A DNA stretch of 62,567 bases, filler included. It is 6 parts of 6 records of this genome, joined end to end, with 100 filler letters (N's around TTAATTAATTAA, not from the genome) between each part and the next. Parts side by side here need not be neighbours in the genome. Positions count along the whole stretch, not along the records: positions 54,601 to 62,567 come from SRR31156797_5861; 5 more parts are not named here. One strand, given 5' to 3'. Of the stretch, positions 62,401 to 62,567 are shown piece after piece. Positions within the stretch are counted from its first letter, which is position 1. Each line of letters begins with the position of its first letter. A program made the translations under genes and the position numbers. Below the pieces are notes generated by a model that was not told where the DNA came from, did no database searches, and saw only the letters and a list, made by a program, of their open reading frames with translations.

Positions 62401-62528
62401 TGTATCTGTCTTCCTTGTTCGGCATAAGCCGGGGGGATGGTCTTATTGACCGTCTGTGAGACACCACTACATGAGATGATGCTCAGGGCTGTCAATAAGG
62501 CGATCCCGGCGGCGATCAGTCGCTTCAT
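59460..62528 (-). CDS. Large lipoprotein with amidase-like catalytic region, golvesin/xanthan-lyase-like module and FN3 domain
   Basis: Lipobox IISC, GRHIALWNSHG, PMLENAGA, ADAVRF, AFHTDA, LLELHSH, FN3 motif YSFKVTALNDGGES. Confidence 0.75.
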   Translation of the reverse strand: MKRLIAAGIALLTALSIISCSGVSQTVNKTIPPAYAEQGRQIQQIYNATQDFLQDAKAGRLEDVEMMRYARLDTLIYNEDSLHADIYFNRYFAYRPLREEGVQNIYDYFEEALDGEVDLTLYSTDVPIETLIPNFYIDNPDDRTMNKLPVDPQEIEPIVRNNSKPFVPSSGLYGRHIALWNSHGWYYENSLHRWEWQRARNFQVVEDIYPTSYVLQYLVPMLENAGANTFLPRERDFNTNEVIIDNDDPASGYSETGTWEDGGIGFAEGEKPYVSGDNPFLFGTYRKHLANDQYASVEYNADIPEDGEYCVYVSYHHDENNVNDAKYIVHHAGGRTEFLVNQQIGGETWIFLGKFKFLKDADNRVIVKANKLSNTKYITADAVRFGGGMGDIQRNGLLSGRPRWVEAARYYLQYAGMPEMVYNIHQDTVDYNDDYKSRGEWVNYLKGAPFGPTANRDTAGLGIPIDLSFAFHTDAGTTRNDTVIGTLLIYSSKGGETNWDAPGDSAELTFPDGQSRYVNRDLADIIQTQIVDDIYSKYDPGWNRRGMWDRAYSEAWRPNVPAALLELHSHHNYLDMKFGNDPQFRFDASRSIYKGMLKFMSEQYGFDYVVQPLPPSHVMAEILHGKVIRIKWQAVLDPLEPTAVPQKYMVYTKKDNGGWDDGILLDDKQCMIPSVDPGVIYSFKVTALNDGGESFPSEIVSVCNIPGKEKVLVVNGFDRVSGPERLETDKYLGFMDSWGKSVPDGYDLSYTGSQYDFDANSKWLDDDSPGNGASYGDMESTVVVGNTKDYPYLHGKAIVEAGYSFDSASDEAVALGMVTLDDYNVMDIIYGEQKATPWPKPIKQPRFRIFPRPFAGAVEDFTNMGGNVFVSGAYIGTDLLDDTSKIAFAERVLKYKWRTDHAVRNGNVYANNTKLFGNDISYEFETGFNPAIYGAENPDGIEPADGSEGVTVLRYTENNVSAGVAWNGEDYNTVILGFPFECIRSEESRNALMKHILDFFENDQDIIQEVTKDGRKKSSVNK

Positions 62529-62567
62529 TCAGTATCGTTCCTTTCTCTCGTCTTCTCAATAAAATAA

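Noticed and set aside
559-62459. Many short ORFs antisense to or nested in long genes (e.g. 18721-19224, 28514-28993, 33472-33915, 48835-49239, 52305-52754)
   Set aside because: They are shadow frames of well-supported CDSs with no motifs of their own.

Overview
The window joins six unrelated contigs with five 100-nt N linkers that each carry TTAATTAATTAA, so gene order across linkers means nothing. (1) 1-13989: Bacteroidota-like polysaccharide locus (solo IS3-OrfA-like HTH, UpxY, epimerase, LhgO, two C-methyltransferases, Glc-1-P cytidylyltransferase, PIG-L deacetylase, glycosyltransferase, Wzx), then an MBL hydrolase, an MFS transporter and partial asnA. (2) 14090-20782: FMN riboswitch with a compact ribD-ribE-ribBA-ribH operon, a pseudouridine synthase with a 63-aa duplication, and partial glmM. 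(3) 20883-39568: mostly housekeeping genes, plus a beta-integrin-like VWA lipoprotein, an antiporter-EIIA fusion, a kinase-WD40 protein and an NMT1-type sensor kinase. (4) 39669-45352: Arcobacter-like SDR/SnoaL/MFS/lipocalin/FAD-oxidoreductase cluster and a PAS-GGDEF gene. (5) 45453-54500: very AT-rich integron-type cassette array with no integrase in view. Its attC hairpins and exactly complementary cassette ends can be read directly, and its cargo looks mostly anti-phage (two HEPN proteins, a SIR2-like protein, a PD-(D/E)XK nuclease with a coupled partner, an NYN RNase, an unknown protein with a hydrophobic hairpin, a K+-channel-like protein). This is the strongest candidate for undescribed systems. 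(6) 54601-62567: a large amidase/FN3-type lipoprotein followed by batC/D/E-like, SPOR and TPR genes. All calls come from reading motifs by eye; no searches were run and taxonomic labels are impressions.
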